Assembly: GCF_009914755.1 (NCBI RefSeq)
Contig: NC_060933.1
DNA length: 64,000 bases
Direction: 5' to 3' (one strand)
Source of the DNA: the human T2T-CHM13v2.0 reference genome, Homo sapiens
Every line of letters begins with the position of its first letter. Within the stretch, counting starts at the first letter, position 1. Made by a program: the position numbers and the translations under genes. Shown piece by piece: positions 45,555 to 64,000 of this stretch. Under the pieces are notes generated by a model. The model was not told where the DNA came from. It ran no database searches and saw only the letters and a list, made by a program, of their open reading frames with translations.

Positions 45555-45750
45555 CTTCATCCACGTCCCTACAAAGGACATGAACTCATCATTTTTTATG
45601 GCTGCATAGTATTCCATGGTATATATGTGCCACATTTTCTTAATCTAGTCTATCATTGTTGGACATTTGGGTTGGTTCCAAGTCTTTGCTATTGTGAACA
45701 GTGCCACAATAAACTAAAACTTAAAGTATAAAAACAAAACAAAACAAAAA
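45555..45750 (+). mobile_element. Young L1PA 3' stub with a 5' inversion, flanked by a 15-bp TSD
   Basis: Inverted L1PA segment, then ctaaaacttaaagtataa and an A-tail; TSD aaaaccccgggccgt at 45540-45554 and 45751-45765. Confidence 0.88.
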
Positions 45751-45994
45751 AAAACCCCGGGCCGTTTAGCAGCCACTCCCCTTTCCTCCTCCCCCCGGCT
45801 CTGGGAACCATCAATCTACTTTCTGTCTCCATGGGTTCGGTGACCACAGGCACCCCATAGAAATGGAGTCACTGCACCTGCGGCCCTTTGCGGCCGGCAC
45901 CCTTCACTGAGCACCGTGCTTCCAAGGCTTGTCCGCATGGTGGGTGTCAGCGCCTCCTTTTCTACGGTGGAATCATATTCCCTCGTGCGCATTC

Positions 45995-46423
45995 GTCAGG
46001 GTTCTTCCGGCAAGCGGAGCCCATAAGACGTGCCACTGGAGAGGTTATTGCAGGGAATTGGCCACACGACCTCGAGGCCTGCAGTTCCCAGGGTCTGCAG
46101 TTGCAGGCAGGAGGCCTGATGGCGTTGCGAGTCCGAAGGCCGGTGGGCTCCAGGCCCAGGAAGAGCCCACGTTTTCAGTCCAAGTCTGAAGGCAGGAAAA
46201 GACCAATGTCCAGTGCAAGCGGTTGGGTGGGAGGACCCCTGGCACTCGGCCTATTGTTCTCCCCGGGCCTCAGCGGACCGCACGGGGCCCACCCACACTG
46301 GGGAGGGCGGACTGCCTTACCCGGGCTGTGGATGCAAATGCGAACCTCATCCAGAACACCTCAGAGACACACTCCGTTTGGCGAAATGGCCCGGCCAAGC
46401 TGACACTAAGGTTCACCGTCACA
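45995..46423 (-). mobile_element. MLT2-type (ERVL) solo LTR
   Basis: gtccaagtctgaaggcagg, gcccacccacactggggagggc, ctcatccagaacacc and terminal ...gctgacactaaggttcaccgtcaca. Confidence 0.7.
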
Positions 46424-47539
46424 GCAGACGGTTTTGCTGACCCGTCGTTGGCAGTGGACGCTCAGGCTGTCTGTGGCTGTACTGAGTGATGCTGGGACAG
46501 CAAGTGGCCACGTGCGTTTGTTTGAGTCCCTGTTTTCACTTCTTTCGGACAGACCCCCAGGAGTGGAATTTCAGGGTGCTGGGAGTTTTATGGGCAGGAC
46601 TCCGGCTGGGTCACCCCCTTTGAAGACAAGAGTCAGGCCACTCACTGCAGTTCCACGGTGGCCCCTCCTGGTCCTGGTGCCCAGCGCTGGCTGGCAGACG
46701 CAGCCCCCAGCCATAGTAGAGGCCTCGGGCTCACATCCCTCCTTGGAGAGACTGGGCCCAGGGCAGGCAGTGCTTTGCAATCCAAAGAGGGATCTCAGAC
46801 TCCCCACCGCTCTGGTTTGAAGCCACTGGCCTGCCCTGAAGGTCTGGGGCTGGGCAGAGGCCCAGGCAGTGGGGAGAGAAGGGGCCCACCCTTGTGTGAG
46901 GCTGGCAGCTCTATTCAGGGGCAGGGCCCCAGGACCAGGCCGCCTCTGCCTCGCTCAGCCAGTTCCTTAGGATCACACAACTTTCCAGACTCTGCCACGA
47001 CCCATGCTGCCCTGCTCATAGGCTTCGACAGCTCCCTTTGCCCTCCTATAGGGGCCAGAGTCCTCCCTGTGGTCTCCAGCCCGTAGAGGGGTCATGCCAC
47101 TGCCTCAAGGCCCTCCCTATGCAGCCCCCTGCCTGCTGCAGAGCTCCCTGAGGGGCTGTCCCCAGGATGGCTGGGTGGGACCTTCATCCCTCCGAGGCTG
47201 AGAGGAGAAGAGCCCCGAGCTGCCAGGAGGGCCAGACTCACGCATGGTGTCCTGGGAGCCGTGTCACCCCAGGCACGAGCCCGACCTCCCATAGGGCTGC
47301 AACCCCCTTGCTGCTGTGTGTCCATCTCCCTACAAAGGGCCTGGACCAGGCAGGCTGCAGACACCATGGAGTCCCTGGAGGCAGCGTGGTCCCCACACCC
47401 CCGTGGGCCAGGACTAGGCAGCCTCACCGTCACTCTCCCAGCAGAAGGGGCCCTCGACTCCTGGCTCCCTCAGAGCATAGCAGCCCTGCCTCCCTCCCAG
47501 AAAGGGAGCCAAAGGCCAGAGCAGAGGGGAGTGGAAGCC

Positions 47540-49169
47540 AGATCACCATCAGTATCATTTTTATTGCAAATCAGTTAACAAAAAAGATGAAAAAAATACA
47601 TCATCTACAGTTCCTCATGTAGATCACTTTTAAAGTCTTTTTCTGTAAACTACACTCTATTTTATAAAACACAGTAAAAATCAACATCTTGGGACGCATC
47701 TGGTCATGCCCCCTGGGGATGGCACCACGCGGCCCCCGTAGAGCCGGGGGAGGCTGCCCTGAGGAGTGCAGGCGGCACGGCAGCGGAGCGTCCCCAGTGC
47801 ATGGGCGGCTAAGGCTCCCCGAGCTGAGCCAAGTCTGACGTCCCTCACTGGCATGACACACAACAGACTCATTCATTAAGATTTTTTAAACAAAATCCAC
47901 CTTTAAAAACATATTTACAGACATTTTTTCTGCCATAGGCTATACTTGGTATTGCAAAAATCTGCTCCTCCCAAACTAGGAGGGGTGGCCCAAGGGCAGC
48001 CCCCGCCTCCCTCCAGCCCCTGCCCGACCGCATGCCCCCTGCCAGGGCTGCGGGGACAGGACCAAAGGACGCAGCCCACGGCGTTGCACAGCTCAATGTG
48101 CCCGGCTCTGGCAAGTCTCCTACAAAACACGGGAGCCCACGGGGGGTCGGGTCCCGCGAGCTGGGGCCCAGGCTGTGTTGCTGGAGCATCTTCTTCGGAA
48201 CCTGGGGGACACTGTGCAGGCTGAGGTGCTGGGGCCGCCACCGGGGTCAGCCCAGGCAGTGTCTTTCCCCAGAAAAGGGTAGGATGCCTCCGTGTGTGAC
48301 CCAGGCAAGTGCCACAGTCCACACATCTCATGTTTGACATGCATGATGCCTACATTTCAAGAACGGGCAGGGGGCCGGGGTGGTTCTGGAGGGACCAAGA
48401 ACTTGTATAACCAACGAACAACTACATAATACTGAACCTGAAACAAAGATTCATGATTGGTACCATGGGTGCACTCTTGGCATACACACTCCGAGAACAC
48501 ATTTTCACAAGCATGCTTGCAAGAAACCATCTAAAACACATGGCAACATCTAACCCATATGCTTTCACTTGTTTCCTATTTCAGATGCAAATTAATCCGC
48601 GTGCGGAAGGTGAGCCAGCTTTGCCTCCGTTTGCCTCTGGATGCAGCTTCTCCTAACAGGCAGGTGATGCTGGTGGAGCGGCCGGGCTGGCTTGGGGTTG
48701 GGTGGGCGTCGGGGAAAGGGCGCGGCCTGGACGCCCCAGGAGCTTTTTGGACTATGCTCGTTCAACTTCCCTTCTCCAACATCATTTCTTTTTGGATTTT
48801 GAAAAAAGGAATCAATAAATAAATGGCATTTATAAATCATGAATCTTTGTTTATATTTTATAAACACAGAAGAATCTTTTCATCCTACGTAGGAAAACCC
48901 TGGCTCTCAGAACTTGCTTGTTTTCTCAGAATAGATAAAAGTTTCTACCTGGGGCCAGATAAAACAGTACATATAAATAAAAAGGCAGTGTTTCTGTGTA
49001 AAATAAAAGTACATAAATAAATACTAAAAAAAATTAAAATCCTCGTTCTTATTTTGTATAAAAACATGTGTTTTAAAAAGGCTCCTCTGGTCGGCCCTGG
49101 CATCCACAGAGCGCACACAGACGCCCGAAGGCTTGGGAAAGGAAGCCGGGGTCTCGTGGGGCGCGCCGT
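47540..49169 (-). other. NOTCH1: NOTCH1 3'UTR
   Basis: Lies between the TAA at 49170 and the poly(A) signal; AU-rich blocks and miRNA seed matches. Confidence 0.9.
47560..47565 (-). terminator. NOTCH1: NOTCH1 polyadenylation signal AATAAA
   Basis: tttatt on the plus strand, at the end of the AU-rich distal UTR ~1.6 kb after the stop codon. Confidence 0.85.
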
Positions 49170-63904
<14,735 letters not shown>

Positions 63905-64000
63905 CTGTGGGGCAGGAGGAGGCCGGTTGGTCACCAGCGGCCCCTGGCCCTCCAGGCCCTTCCCAGGCTGGCCCACCCACCTACAGTGCCTCTCCCGACC

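Larger units (their letters stand above)
45095..46590 (-). mobile_element. L1MB 3' fragment interrupted by an Alu, an L1PA and an MLT2
   Basis: ttgaggtgagactcacagaacctaaaattaaccactttaaagtgtac and aatctactttctgtctccatgg match reverse L1MB. Confidence 0.7.

Noticed and set aside
48813-49021. Several plus-strand AATAAA hexamers as antisense poly(A) sites
   Set aside because: More simply explained as U-rich elements of the NOTCH1 3'UTR; no antisense gene is evident.

Overview
Human genomic DNA, recognisable as 9q34.3. It holds three loci: (1) SEC16A on the minus strand, from its CpG-island promoter (~36.1 kb) through a 3.6-kb first coding exon to exon 28, which runs off the left edge; (2) the divergent, poorly characterised C9orf163 ORF on the plus strand; (3) the 3' half of NOTCH1 on the minus strand (exons 17-34 plus the 3'UTR). 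I placed every exon by hand from GT-AG boundaries, and the reading frame is continuous across both genes. Exon numbers follow my recollection of the reference transcripts. Introns and the intergenic spacer carry about 33 Alus, L1/L2/MIR/MER33/MLT2 relics and a 16-copy minisatellite grown out of an L1MB 3' end; repeat boundaries are approximate. The most unusual signal is in NOTCH1 intron 33: a decayed copy of part of exon 34, including a 38/41-nt match to the KAKDLKARRKKSQD segment. It sits between a plausible phase-0 acceptor and a phase-0 donor and is broken by one apparent 1-nt frameshift, so it may be a fossil or cryptic duplicated exon. No database searches were run.
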